63,063 bases of DNA, filler included, from Phoronis australis (GCA_002633005.1; 8 parts of 8 records of this genome joined end to end with filler, not necessarily neighbours in it); one strand, 5' to 3'. Positions 22,744-36,175 are shown, counted from the whole stretch's first letter. Program-made: numbers and translations. Notes: generated by a model from the sequence alone, not told the origin.

Positions 22744-24042
22744 CCGTATTCGCTGTAATAACCGCCCATGCCCCTATAAGTGCCCCCCCACGCGTTTTCA
22801 GACTTTGCTGAAATAAGCGCCCAGTCCATGAACGCGTACATGCGAACAATGACGTACCTTCAGTCCTAAAACTCGGCTACAGTAACGTCTTCAATTTATC
22901 AAAAAAGTTTTGCACGGGTCTTCTAGACCACCAGCGGCACTGCTACGTTTGTATTTAGCCGTGACTATACACTTCAAAGTAACACAGCGCTTCAAAAAGA
23001 ATGCAACAGCGTTGCTACTTTCGCGACAGCCATGTCCCACTGTGGTCTGACCTTTCAGTAGACACATCGACTGTCTCATGAATAAAAATAACTCAGTGTT
23101 GAACGCACGTGACCAGAAAGCGCGCGCTACATATATGAACCTAGCTGTCATCAAAGACATTAGTCGGGAACTATCCATTCATGAAACGGGTAGCATAGCA
23201 TTGGTAAGAAATGAATATTGGCCCTAATTTCCGACAATTTCTAATACTATAAAACATGTTTGCGTTATTTTTTAGATGGATTGTTTGATTAACCATAATT
23301 GGTGTTTTTAAGCCGAATATCCGATAAAATGACAACTGACAGTGAATGCTTACACACCCTTACACCGAAAAATAACTGTCAGACAGTTACGTACGCATCC
23401 AGCTACATGGCGACTAATATGGGCCTTACCGAAACAAATGTCGAACGTTTTTAACACGAGACCGGCAAGTGCTGAATGAAACACGCTCTGGTTTAGGCCT
23501 ACTGCTTGTGCAAATTTCTTTAGACACAATGCACATCTAGCTCGTTAGATTGCGTGGATCTGGCCAAAAGACGGTCTCTGCTTTGGCAAATGAACTCTGG
23601 TNCACATCTAGCTCGTTAGATTGCGTGGATCTGGCCAAAAGACGGTCTCTGCTTTGGCAAATGAACTCTGGTTACACGCATGTGTTCGCTTACTCGCAGG
23701 CGAACTTCAAAACAAACGTCACGTGACAACAACATGTGTGTTCGTCCAGACATTTTTCTCGTCGTGTTGCAGATCATACATGTAGATGGCACGATGTTGC
23801 GCAGATTTGTACTTAAAACTGCCGTAAATCCAGACTCCACGGGAGGAGTTTTTGCCCTGAGATTTCAGCACAATTTTCTGTAAAATGATCGTAATTTAGC
23901 AGTAATGCACCACAGTTTTGTTGGAAGTCTTTCATAGATTACAGATACGTCACAGAACATAAATTTGATGAATCTTAGCTTCCGATTTCACCCGTTTCGG
24001 AGACCGGGTTTCAACTGCCTTGGGTTATTACGGCGAATACGG
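22744..24042. mobile_element. Non-autonomous Tc1/mariner-superfamily element (Tc2/pogo-like ends)
   Basis: TA|CCGTATTCGCTGTAATAACC ... GGTTATTACGGCGAATACGG|TA; a related 3' part recurs at ~43990-44243. Confidence 0.8.
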
Positions 24043-24246
24043 TAGTTGAGGGTGAGTCACGGCCAAGAAGAACTACTGAGTGACACCAAAAACTCCAAAT
24101 CCATAAAAGTTTCATTTCTACATAACTCCATTTAGTATTTTAAATTTGGTAGAAACATGTCTCTATAACCTTTCCATTATGTTTTAACCCATACAAGTCA
24201 GTTTGCATTGAATCTGGTGACAAGTAAAGTTTTGCTTTGCTTGCAG

Positions 24247-24345
24247 TACCACTACAGCTGATGATGAGGATGAAATGTTGTATGGCGACTCAGAGCCTGT
24301 TGCATTCACTAGCCCAACACCCAAGACTGAAGATAAAGAACCCAA
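24247..24345 (+). CDS. CPSF1: CPSF1 internal exon
   Basis: TTTADDEDEMLYGDSEP...; the DDEEEMLYGDS motif is conserved; phase 2-2, donor GTAAGT. Confidence 0.93.
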
Positions 24346-24908
24346 GTAAGTTCAAATGTCAAATGAGTCGTGGTTTAGCTTGGGGGTTGTGCTAAATTTG
24401 CTGTACAAGTCAATACTTATGGGGGTGACACCTCACTCTGCTCGCAAGTCACGCTTCTTTGTTAATCATTTTATTTGAGCAAAGTGATCATCAGGGAGTG
24501 AAGCGAGCCTTCTGCAAGCTCGGGAATAAACATGGTAGTGCAGAATGACTTTCAGGGCAAAGATCGGTTATCACAAGCAGCTGGTGTCGGGGAAAATTAA
24601 GGAAGTATTTTTTTGTGGTTTTTGAATGTATGTTTACCAGGTGGATGAACAACTTTGATACTGTGCAAAAATAATTGGTTAGTGCTCGTACGTGTGGATT
24701 CTTATTCTTACTGAACATGTCGTAATTTTTTTGTAACAGTCATTCTTATTTAATACCAAATTTTCACGAGTTGTCACAACACTTTTAGCTGTTTCATTTT
24801 AAGAAACCCTCTTCAGCAAACAGTTATAGGGCAGTTTTTGTTATTGGTCAATTTCTTCAACTGAATGTTAATCAATGAGATCTCATTGGTTGAAATGTGT
24901 TTATTTAG

Positions 24909-24973
24909 AGCGTCAAAGATCAAAGAGAACGCTGCACAAGAGATCAAAACAAGCTTCTGGGTGGCTCTCTATA
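24909..24973 (+). CDS. CPSF1: CPSF1 exon, truncated by contig end
   Basis: Phase-2 acceptor TTTAG; ASKIKENAAQEIKTSFWVALY corresponds to EPTHWCLLV of vertebrate CPSF1. Confidence 0.8.
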
Positions 24974-25073
24974 NNNNNNNNNNNNNNNNNNNNNNNNNNN
25001 NNNNNNNNNNNNNNNNNTTAATTAATTAANNNNNNNNNNNNNNNNNNNNNNNNNNNNNNNNNNNNNNNNNNNN
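24974..25073. other. Artificial contig spacer
   Basis: N44-TTAATTAATTAA-N44. Confidence 0.97.
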
Positions 25074-26961
25074 CTGTTCTCCCCCCCCCTCTAACCGTCC
25101 CTGGTACCGGGTACAATTTTTACTATACCAAGGAACTATCCGTGTAAAAAAACAACAGGGGGAAAGCCCATAGGGACACATCTATAAAGTCCAGCCAGCA
25201 CATTTGACAGAATTTCAATCAAACAATCCGACAAAGAAGCTGTCAGATGTGCGAACCGTTTATCCGTGTGACAAATACCATGCAAAGTCATGAAATATGA
25301 CGTCACTTTGGTAAAATGTACAGTAACAATGGTACATTTCTCGCATGTGCATTCTACGGAAATTGTAACAATTACATCAAGTGTAAGAGATGGCTAGCAA
25401 CGTAAAATATGACAATGACGTAAAACATAACAGCTGTTGCACATAGTGTTTGATTTTACTTTATTTCTGTTTATGTTGACAAAGGACGTCATTACATCCT
25501 AAAATTTCAGTTAATCCATTCTTGTTGTTTTATTTACCTATTTACATTTTACATTTTACGAAATTGTTACATTTTACGGCATATCGGCGCTCATCAAAAT
25601 TGCGGCAATGGACAGAGCACTCTCCTGCGAGCAGTTTGACTAAAAGAAAAGGATAAGAGAATGAACAGAATAATTAGAACCCATGTGCAAAAAGTTTGGT
25701 GTTTTTTATAATAAAGGCATTTTTGCAACGTTTAATGAATATTTACCAAGGAACATGGTACATATTAACATAAAAATAACACTTGGAGAACAACAATAGG
25801 CAAAGACGACCGTGTATTGGCTTGTACCATGCATGTGCAATCCATGTAAGTGCATTTCTACAAAATGTGCTGAGAATACATGAAGGGGTGCCCCAGATAA
25901 TGAGTATCTGATACAACAGCACTCACATGACACTGGTCAACCGAAAGAAAGGGGATGGCAATGGCACTCATACAGTCCCATGTGGGTTCATAGAATATGA
26001 CACCTTCCACACCGCATTTTGTAAATGTGTGACGGCGAGTTACATTCTCTCGTTTTATGCCAGATGTCATTCAGATTTACTGAGAAAATTGACGACACAG
26101 ACACATGAAATGAACAGCGTTGCACCGGAACAAAACTTTTTTACAGATTTTGATGTTCAAAATGAGACGATAAAAATGACGAAGAAGGTTGATAATTTAG
26201 CTAAGATAGATGAAGTAAATAGAGATATGACTTTAAACAATAAAAAATGACACGATTAAGACATGTCAGGTATAAAAAGGTTAGGTAAACTACAGATACT
26301 TTTTACTATTGAAAGTATTAAGTGAATCGGAAGTCTTAACTTTCGGGCTAGGAGAATTCCATATTGTAGCAGCAAATGTTGTCGGATATATCGCAATCTT
26401 AAAGTCAGATGTGCTTTCCCTCAAGTGACAGCACCTGCAAAATTTTTTGACCATCCTTTGAAACTTTCAGCAGACGATTAAAGAAACCGGCGTTAAAACA
26501 TGAATATTTAAATTAAATTGCCACAATAAGGGACAACTTGAGTGAGAATTAGACAGTGCATATTTCTCAAGAACTGGAACCCGTCATTCAAAGTTTGTGG
26601 GCAGATGCAGACAGTGGAAACTTGTGAGGCCTGCATGATTTTAGGTTTTTGGAAACAAACTAGTCACTAGAAAGACTTTTTAAATTTGAATCCTCTTAAT
26701 CTGACAAACGGTATAAGCAGCATCAAGGTGACCTAAAAATTTTCACTGAACTAAGAAAAATTTAGAGATTCACCATTTTAGTACTGCCACTGAAAACATG
26801 TCAACTCTGTGCGTATACCGTACTTGTCCTGATAAGCACCCACATCCAGTTACACAACCTCTCCAGAATACTTCATAAACGTCGAATGGTCTTTGGGGTT
26901 AATTCAAGTATTTCATTTGAGCACTCGAAGAAGAGCCAAACTGCAATTTAAGCATACATAC

Positions 26962-27012
26962 TCTTCACTGTAGGAGTTTCTGTATTCACAGACGGAGTTC
27001 CAGTGGGTTTGA
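26962..27012 (-). CDS. Possible 51-nt Thr/Pro-rich stalk exon (may belong to the Ig-domain gene)
   Basis: TGTTTTGCAG|...|GTATGT, phase 1-1, KPTGTPSVNTETPTVK. Confidence 0.4.
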
Positions 27013-27499
27013 CTGCAAAACAGTTAAAAGACATTCATGCAATTTGTCTATAGAATTTCCAGACAAGGATTGACAAGTGTGTGGCTGAAGTTCAACCCTG
27101 AAATGGCAATTAGGGAAAGGAAAGTATAATCAGAGATCTGCATTTACCTGACAAATAACATCGGAATTTGGTTAGCCCCGTGACAACTGGGGTGCAAACT
27201 AGAACAAAAGTATATGTAGCTGGCGGTATTCACGAGAGCAATTTTGCCGAATTGCTCGAGCCACCAAAGATTTGCCAACGAACTGCATTGATCACTGTCA
27301 TGCTAGAACCTTCTATGAAAGTTTCTCAATATACTGTAGTAAACAAATGACATCATCATTGCACTGATCGTAGTCTTCTAGAAAGTTCCATACTATTCAG
27401 TAGTGAACAAATTACATCATCATTGTACTGTAACTAAATCAGGGGTCATGCCAATCAAACAGAACCACAAAACAAAGCAGTACAACTAAAAACATTGTC

Positions 27500-29260
27500 A
27501 GTCTATATTCTGACAGCAGGCAGCCAACAGTCTGTGCCAATTGGAACTCTTGGGTTAGCACGCTTTGAACGCGGTATTTTCTCCCCAGACTTTTCGTCTT
27601 GTTGTCTATGTGAGGCATCAACAGCATATTTGTTAACATCCAATAGTGATGGATGTTCTGAAATTCCTGAATCATTATCTTCATAAGAACAAAACCTGGG
27701 TCTTAACTGGTAGAAGAGACAATGCCTAATCGGTCCCTCGGTCATCACCTTTAATTTGACGGAACTTGATCCTAAAACTGCAGATACAACACCGGGTGTC
27801 AATCTCGGATATCTGTCCTGCTTGGCACCAAATCAATGAATATCATGGCCTACCAACCCAACACACGTATTTGTGCACCTTTGATAGCGCTAACTCAGAG
27901 CCAAAACTTTGGTGAGACTTCATTGCTAGTCGATATTATTTTCCTTGACTCACATGCGCAGCTGAAGGCGTCAAACTGCCCAGTTACATGCAACATCGAA
28001 TTTGCCTTCCATTAAAAATTCGCAGGAGTTATACCCGGATTCTAGAGACATACATGTACGACGATCATGCAACAAAATTTTTATGAAGCACCATTTGGTG
28101 TTATACAAGATTTTCGCAAAGATTTTAAAGTTGCTGCTTTATCAGTCACCTAGGATAGCCAAAATGCCCGACCTCTATTTCTAGTAATTTTGCAGTTGTT
28201 TTTGTAAGCAAAGAATCTGTTGGATGTGTACACGAATTCTTTGAATAAGCCTATACCATGACCGACTGATCGGTCCCAAAATTATGTCATGATCAACGTG
28301 AACACGCGTTCTCAAAATGATGTCATGATCAACGTGAACACGCGTTCTCAAAATGATGTCATGATCAACGTGAACACGCCTCCAATGATTCTTTGGCTAC
28401 ATCCACGGATGAATAATCGATTGTGGTGGTTTGTTCTGATGTAACTTGCAAGACGTACATGTACAATGACGCTCGAGTTATTGAATATCCTTGTCAATGT
28501 GAGGTCACTAAACTTCACAACGTGAAATTTACACTATTGTTTACCTGCCAAAGTGTCAAATATGAAGCAAATCCTACACTTCAAATCTTTTTGGAATAAC
28601 TGCTAGTGCACAACTAAATAGAAAACCGCTCTCTGTCGTCAGTGTTTCTAAAAGCTTTCCATAGTAGTTCAACTCCTCAAAATCTATAGAACGGGGCCAT
28701 TCTTCGTTGGCAAACGGCATTGTCGTTTAAATATTAGAATCTTTAAAGATTCAATGGCGAGCAATTTGGAATTACCTGGATTGAATTGGATACTTGTCTA
28801 TTTAATAGAATAAACGTCATTTACGTCTGCTTGCTCATCCCCCTGTCAAATTGCAGATCGTTAAACACTTCAATGCATCTACACTGAAGTTATCAGACAC
28901 CTTGAATACTCACGCTGACCCAAAAATAATAATCAATGCTCATCTGGCCAGTCGATTAACTGTCATTGCAGGAACAACTTTAGTTGGTCCAAAAATAGAA
29001 ACTAAAGGTTAATGATCAGTAGCCATAATATATCTTCGTACGTAAAGAAAATGATGAACTTATTCAGCGCAAAAAAACAATTGCAAGAGCTTCACGTTGA
29101 GTTTGGTTGTATTTCTTTACGTGTCTGTGAGTCTTTAGAACAACAGCAAGCGGTCGTTCAATTTCATCCGGATATCGATGAAAAAGAACAGCTACTACAT
29201 GTATACCAACATTGGAAGCATCGCAGGAATTCCTAACTGGTTTGTCGGTTCAAAAAGAGC
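27500..29260 (-). mobile_element. Heavily decayed Gypsy pol remnant (RNase H to integrase C-terminus)
   Basis: Minus-strand fragments CDASNVGI...VLFHRYPDEIERP...YNQTQREALAIVF...TDH*PLVSIFGPTK...NRLAR*AL, and PGVVSAVLGSSSVK...GPI...QLRPRF; many stops, frameshifts and deletions. Confidence 0.8.
28284..28379. repeat. ~36-bp tandem repeat, ~2.7 copies
   Basis: ATGTCATGATCAACGTGAACACGCGTTCTCAAAATG repeated. Confidence 0.85.
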
Positions 29261-29341
29261 AAAAAATGCTCTTTACACAGGATTTTTTTTAACTCTAAAA
29301 AGCTGAATTCTTCTCAGCACCCCTTTTCCCAAAGCACGTCT

Positions 29342-30524
29342 CTGCAGGCAGGAAGAGATAACCAGGAAGGGACAACTAGCTAAACCGCCGTTTTTGGCCT
29401 CCTTCCCCGGTCTAATTTCAGGACTNACTGCACTGAGGGGTTGAAGTGTGTGCATTTTTTGGGACACGCGTTCATTTTCCCAGCCGCCCTGCAGAAGCTG
29501 GAACAGTGGCCGTGTTTCAACAAGGAATTTTGATACAGCTCTATAGGCCAAGGATTTCGGGATCATATCTTTCCAAAAAATCTTCAGGAAATGACCGTAT
29601 TAAAATGAACTATTCCTGAAACTGGGTCAAAAAACGACCTTGGAGCCAGAACACGGGTATAGGTTCGAGTTAAGCCGCACGTCTCAAATGAATCATAGTG
29701 GAGCTGACCAGCGACTAGCATTAGCTCGTCGAATTGCGCATGAATCATAGCAGAGCTGACCAGCGACTAGCATTAGTTCGTCGAATTGCGCATGAATCAT
29801 AGCAGAGCTGACCAGAGACTAGCATTAGTTCGTCGAATTGCGCATGAATCATAGCAGAGCTGACCAGCGACTAGCATTAGTTCGTCGAATTGCGCATGCA
29901 TGGATCAGACTTCCCGGCGACGCCACGACACCGGCCACCGTAGCGGGAGCAGCTAATTTCTTCACCTGCTTCTAAATCTGGATTTAAGCAAAATGACGAA
30001 GTCCACGCATACACACATGCAAACGTATCCAAATACAATTAAATGTATTTTCATGTGAAACCATTCAATGTCCTTTGAACATTGACTTGCATGATGTGTT
30101 CTTCATTTTCTTAGATCTGCCCAGTCAGATAGAACTGCATTGCAAGTCATTCACTATAAGGCACTCGAGGGTTCAAATTGGAAGCTCGCGCCGTATGACG
30201 TCGTATGACGTAGACGAGGCGAGCCTCATTTGCATATATTAGTGACATCTGTTGGTTCAAAAAAGAGGATCGTGCCCGAGTACATGCCTGGGAAGAGGCA
30301 TCTTTTGGAAGGGTAAAACAAGTCATGTTCAAAGCATCCCAGTGCCATTAATATGAAGTCTCTGGGGACAAAAGTGGTATCATTTTATAGCTAAAGAGTT
30401 AAGCTTTCAAACACAATGCTTGGATTTTAGACTACTTTAACATTTACTTTTGAAATCACCTTTGAAAATACGTTAAAATGTGCTAAAACAGTTGTCCCTT
30501 CCTGGTTATCTCTTCCTGCTGCAG
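29342..30524. mobile_element. Non-autonomous TIR DNA transposon, superfamily uncertain (piggyBac-like right end)
   Basis: CTGCAG(G)CAGGAAGAGATAACCAGGAAGGGACAACT ... AGTTGTCCCTTCCTGGTTATCTCTTCCTGCTGCAG; right end followed by GTTAT; no clean TSD. Confidence 0.7.
29688..29895. repeat. 52-bp tandem repeat, 4 copies, inside the TIR element
   Basis: ATGAATCATAGCAGAGCTGACCAGCGACTAGCATTAGTTCGTCGAATTGCGC x4. Confidence 0.95.
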
Positions 30525-31449
30525 GTTATTTGGGAATGAATTCCCGTGGAACTCGAACGGCCCAAGGAATAAACGCAGATGGGGAACATCTAACGGAGCT
30601 GGCATCTTTAAAATAGCATCTACCTTATTTCTCTTTTAATGCCTTTATTACAAAGCATTTGACCGCTGTATTCTGAAGACTTTTGACCAAAAACGCATTG
30701 GTTCAAACGACATCTAATGCCAATATCTTGCAAGCGTTGAAGTAAACGTCACGAGTTTTGTAGATGTTCACCAGATTTGCGACCGCTCACTAAATAGCAT
30801 CTAAATATGCAACCGCGCATGTAAATCACGTGTCAATTTGGAAATAAACATAGATTGAACTAATGTCAAACGGTATTCTCTGGTTATGACTTGAAAGTTG
30901 TAATTTGCAGCATCTTACCGAAAGCAGGTTGCAAGATCCTGGATTGTTTCACCTGGCCTTTGTTTGGTGTAGGATCAAAATTTGAAGCATCCCGGTTTTG
31001 TAAAATGTAGGGAAGAAATAACTCTCAATAAATTTTGCTATTTAAATTATGGTTAGCTGATTGATATAATTGTGTGGCGTTTGTTCTTCTGACAGCGTGC
31101 CAAACAACATATTCACGGTGGAAGTTTGTTCTTTTTCAAAATGACTTGGGGCAATTTCTCGGTTGAAATAGAATTGGCTTTGGTGAAAGTTCCAAATCGT
31201 GACCAGTAATCGTTCCATTACTCGATGGAACTATTATAACAGGCAGATAAAATTACACATCTCACTTACCTACAGTTAGCACGCGACCACCAACGAGAAC
31301 ATGCAAGTGAGAGTGGGGGTAAAGGTAAGACAGATTGTTTTGAATGGTTTAAAGAGAATTTTTATAAATGTGAAATTTTCTTGCATAGTATAGTTGAGAC
31401 CCCATTCTGTTGAAGACATAGATAGATACGTTACAGAAACTCTACTTAC

Positions 31450-31797
31450 TGACTAAAATCAGCTGGCTAAATGAAAAGGTTTTGAAGGAACCTTTAACGG
31501 TCACATCCACTGTGTACTGGCCTTCATCAGCGGATGTAACGTCTGACAAAGTAATGGTGAAATCTCTATTTCCAGGGGAGTAGTTAGTAGAACCGCGGCG
31601 TTGATACAAACCAAGAAATTTTCCCCAACCACCTAACTTTTGACGGACTTCCATCACATTAACGCTTCTATACTTGAAGAAAACTTCATCGATGACTTCG
31701 TTATCCCTCAGTGTACAAACTATCCTGAACGTAGCCGTTTTTTTGTCATTGTTGTAAGCAACAGTTGAAGTCACACCAAAAGCAGAACCAGTAATAT
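31450..31797 (-). CDS. Exon encoding a V-set-like immunoglobulin domain
   Basis: TTTCAG|...|GTAAGT, phase 1-1, 348 nt open; ATFRIVCTL (B strand) ... YQRRGS...DFTITLSDVTSADEGQYTVDVTV (E/F strands with D.G.Y corner). Confidence 0.8.
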
Positions 31798-32136
31798 CTG
31801 AAAGTGTTAAAATGTAGGAATTTTAGTCACAAAAAAGAAATACCAACGATTGGTTACTTGCGTAGATGGGCCAACTCCGCACAACAAAAGGAAGTGACAG
31901 AAAACTCAACCCACACTGTCCGTTCCTAATATATTATATATATATTATGCCACCTGAAGGGTACATAACGAACCAATCCCATTCCTAATGTAACAAAAGG
32001 GTACCGTGCATGAAATATATCAAGTATTGCCCTTCAGAAAAATTACCCTATTCGCGCTAATAAGCGGCCAGGGTGCTTACAAAAATCCGCTTCAGGAAGG
32101 GGGGCGCTTATTATAGCCCAAATGTGGTTGAAACCC

Positions 32137-32277
32137 GTCTCCCGTTCAGTATCGCTTGGACCTCGATAAAAAGCAAGACTTTACGAGATTACTTGAGATA
32201 TTGAACTGTATTTTAAAAGAGAACACGTGACTTTGGCTAGATTTTAGCTAGGTCCTAGCGTTACTGAACGCAGGTCA
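32137..32277. mobile_element. Second copy of the 6844-7000 MITE
   Basis: CTCCCGTTCAGTATCGC...AAAAAGCAAGACTT...GAGAACACGTGACTTTG...GGTCCTAGCGTTACTGAACGC. Confidence 0.7.
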
Positions 32278-33140
32278 GGTCTCCAAAACAAGTGAAATCG
32301 TAAGCTAGAATTCATCAAACTTACGCTCTGTGACGCATCTGTAACCTGTGACGGAGATTCTACAAAACTGCTGTGCATTGCTATCAAACCTTGCTGTTAA
32401 CTTACAAGCATTTTTCAGAAAATCCAACTCCCAAAAATTGCCGCGAATTAGGTTTCAAGTTCCTCAGCTTGGTTTAACTATACATTAATAAACCATCAAA
32501 ATGGTTCCAAGTAAACAGTGCAGTGGGCCCACATGCGCTGCCTGCGCACGTCTTGTAAAACGTTTATCATGCAGCCCCTGATTAAAACATGGGTGTGTTT
32601 TTTAATTTTGGTCTGGTATAAAAAACACCACAGACCTGGATATCCAGCAAAACACTTCTACCTTACAATCTAAGAAAACTTGAGCACCCGGCAAAATATA
32701 CTAATTATGAAATCCCAGTGATGATAATCACCCACTTTGTTAATTTACTTCACCTACACAATTTGAAATAGTAGGCAAAATAAAGCCCATTCCAGTAAGC
32801 ACCATGTGGGTCCCAGTGCCAACTCAATATACACGTATGATAGAACTCAACAAGCTCAAGTTGCCGTCAAATCAGGATGGGCATAAATAAGGAAATTTAC
32901 TGTATCAACAGATTAGCCAAAGAAGAATAAGATACAAAGCGTTGCTACAGTTCACACTTGCACGATACTTGGCAACACAGAATTGTACGAAGGCAATGAT
33001 TTTCGAAATTTGATTACTTTTTGTTGTATGTGTTTTTCCCAACGGTTCAGGGTTACTTCTGAATCCAGGAAGAAGAACTGAAAGGGGGAGGGTTTGTGAT
33101 AACGTTGGAGAACGGTAACCTTTATATAAGATGTTACACC

Positions 33141-33240
33141 NNNNNNNNNNNNNNNNNNNNNNNNNNNNNNNNNNNNNNNNNNNNTTAATTAATTAANNNN
33201 NNNNNNNNNNNNNNNNNNNNNNNNNNNNNNNNNNNNNNNN
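33141..33240. other. Artificial contig spacer
   Basis: N44-TTAATTAATTAA-N44. Confidence 0.97.
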
Positions 33241-33679
33241 TTGCCCTTATATTTCAATCCTGACGTGAACTTACTTCGGGAAAAATCAGATGGAGACTTG
33301 ATGAAGGTCCAGGGCAATTTAGAGGAGTTTCTTCAAAACCCATCGTACTTCATTCAAGTATAGGGTTTTCTGATGGTGGGACTTACAGATTGTATTATAT
33401 TTTTGAATGTCGGTGTTCATGTTAGATTGCCCTGCTGATAAATTCATCATAAGGGACCGTAATGTTGAGCATCGTAAACGTATAATATATATCCTTGTAT
33501 CAAGAAAATTATTTAGAGCTCTTTCACTTTTTTGGCCTTCAATGTTTTCACAAGTTCCGATATCTCTAACCGTCAATAGACAGCTATAAAACTAGACAAA
33601 ATTGTTAGGCTGCTTTTGGTGTTCATCGTTTTTATTCGAAAAGGCAGGCGTGTGTCTTAGTTTGCAAAACGATTTCTAT

Positions 33680-35448
33680 AGACCCTATTCACGCGGCGGC
33701 CATTAAGATCCAAAGCGAGGCTCACTGCGATAAACAAAGCGAAAGTAGACATTGCGTGAGTTAAATAGCCGGTCTTACGAGTCCAACCTGGATATTAAAT
33801 TTTAATGATGTGTCGACAATTAACCACAGAGACGCAGAAAATTACATTAGAGAACAAGTTAAGGCGTCAAAGAGTTGTCTGACGAAAGGGTTTAACTTTT
33901 TTCAGAAAACTAGGTTCGAAACATGAAAAGTAAATATGACCAAATTGCTGCGATCGTAGTGTTACGGATTAGGTATTATGCTGAATGCAGGGTTACGTTT
34001 TTTCTTGTAAATTGTTGATCAAAATATTTTCTACGCGGACCAGGTCATCTGCTCGCATTGTTGACGAGTTGAAGACATATACAGTGGTGTCTGTCATGTG
34101 CAATTAGCCACATATGGTTTAATTTGTTGATCAAGAATATTAACATCAAGCATAGCCTGATCCTATGCACTCACTGGGACTAACAGTTGATTTGTCATTG
34201 GTCTGAAAGAATAATTGATGTTATTAAATATGTTTTTATTAAAATAAAAGACCAGGCTCGTAATTGAAAATAAAAATTATTTGACCATCAATGCTTTCTC
34301 GGTTGTAATAATTCTTACGTCTATTTCATGTGTTAGATTTCAAAAATCAATCTGGACCAAGTTGAATTTTAAAATTAAAACACCCAATTCGTTCGTCCAA
34401 AACATAACATCTTTTTAGAACTCAATTTCAGTTAACTGGACAATGCAATCATAGTTATCGTGTTTCTGCAGAGGCCTCTTTCATCCGAGGGGAACGGTGC
34501 CAGTGTCTACTGAGAGGCGATTTTTTCGCCGAGTGAGGGCGGGAACAATCTACCTCCCGATCACCATCAATAGCACCCCCGCCCTGTTGCAAGCTCTCAT
34601 AGGCTCTGCCTCAATTTAAAGTAGCCTTTTGTGCTCTTAAAAATTGTCACCTGTGTGGTTACAGGTGATGTGAACTCAGAGAGATTTTTCACTAGGGGAA
34701 TTTTTATGCCTCGTGGGGGGAATTTCGCGTGATATTTCAATATGTTTGAGAGGGGAATAGGGCCGATATTGGGCCCCAAATTTGAGGGATTGAGGGCCCA
34801 GTCCTTTTTGGAAAAAATTATAATGTTTCAACCCGTAGCAGGGGCGGATCCAGGTTTTTCAGTTAGGGGGGCAGGGCACAGGAATAAGCAGCATTTCGGC
34901 AGATGCGCGCGCCCAGCTTAAACTCTGGGGATGCAGGGGTCATGAATTCTTGGGTTTGCGGACCTGTTAAAAAAAAAAAAACGGTAACGGGGTTCATTCA
35001 GCGTTGTTTATTCCCCCCCCAAGACCCGCCCTGGTTGCGCCTGCTAGTCAGCAATTCGCACCCGAACTCAAAATGGGATCTGATACAATTTTAGGCCCCC
35101 CCCCCCTAAATCCGTAGTCATGAAAACACAGCCTGGCTGGCCCATTCTCCAGTCGTTACTATGATGCTTAGGAACAACTGACCGACATGCGACAAAATAT
35201 GATCTAACTTTTCGAAAACATTTATAAATTTTACACGGACATATTTTGCATCGTCGCGGCAACGACCCAACGCTTCCTAATCTCAACGTCTGTAGAGATT
35301 GTGAAGCAGACAGTTGCATGTCCGTATTTTTTCTAGCCGTTCGCGGAACAACACGGTCTGAAACACACAGAACTATGCCGATAAGCTAACAGAGCATCGT
35401 AGCGAGCCTCGTTTTGGAATGCGCCTCCTGTCGGCGTGAATAGGGTCT
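33680..35448. mobile_element. Non-autonomous ISL2EU-like DNA transposon (copy 1)
   Basis: AT|AGACCCTATTCACGC ... GCGTGAATAGGGTCT|AT: 15-bp perfect TIR and AT duplication; colinear second copy at 47120-49506. Confidence 0.75.
34839..35115. mobile_element. GC-rich small insertion (CAGGGGCGGATCCAG-type MITE) nested in copy 1
   Basis: Absent from the homologous position (~49212) of copy 2; its 3' motif CCCCCCTAAATCCG also occurs near 3590. Confidence 0.55.
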
Positions 35449-35493
35449 ATGAATATCCATACAAACAGAGCCTTTTTAACGTGAACTTATCAG

Positions 35494-35494
<1 letters not shown>

Positions 35495-35534
<40 letters not shown>
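35495..35534. repeat. (CA)n microsatellite
   Basis: About 20 CA units. Confidence 0.95.
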
Positions 35535-35537
<3 letters not shown>

Positions 35538-35939
35538 AATTAAGGTGCTATTTGTTAACATTTAGAACTGTGTGAGCCATTTTACCTCGATCCACTTTTG
35601 TTCTCACGACAGTGGTCCCAACTATCATTTGCATTATGACAAGGTACAGTTTGGTAGCAGCCCCTCCTGTAGGCAGACTGTTTGCGAGAGTGTTGTCGGC
35701 TGTCAGCTTTCATGCATGCTCTGTCGAATTATCGGTAAACTGGTCGATCCTCCAACAACTATACACCAGAACACCAAGAGACATTACAAAAATATATAAG
35801 ATGTGGCGGCTATATTTCGACACGAGTCATATCTCATGTTCAGGCAGAAATAAAATGACACAGGGCTAAAAGCAGCAAGTCACAATGTCACAACGCAAGT
35901 GCAAGCCAGCATTACAACATGAAGTAGAAGCAATTGTAG

Positions 35940-36175
35940 GCACTGTGGGGACAGAGCCAGTGCCTTGCGGCGCACACTCGTGGGATGCACTGCGGAGACA
36001 GAGCCAGTGCCTTGCGTCGCACACTCGTGGGATGCACTGCAGGGACAGAGCCAGTGCCTTGCGCGCACACTCGTGGGATGCACTGCGGGGACAGAGCCAG
36101 TGCCTTGCGGCGCACACTCGTAGGATGCACTGCGGGGACAGAGCCAGTGCCTTGCTGTGCACACTCGTGGGATGC
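35940..36175. repeat. 47-bp GC-rich minisatellite, ~5 copies
   Basis: Unit GCACTGCGGGGACAGAGCCAGTGCCTTGCGGCGCACACTCGTGGGAT. Confidence 0.95.

Noticed and set aside
7007-24973. Functional clustering of the SLC23, Gla-like and CPSF1 genes
   Set aside because: They lie on different contigs separated by artificial spacers.
27148-27333. Minus-strand exon-like segment with a faint Frizzled-CRD-like pattern (NCS...FCSSLHPSC)
   Set aside because: Needs a frameshift and has stops in the frames examined; similarity is too weak to call.
35495-35545. (CA)n followed by TTAATTAA, resembling a synthetic linker
   Set aside because: No flanking Ns and only 8 nt of the motif; a natural microsatellite with a chance site.
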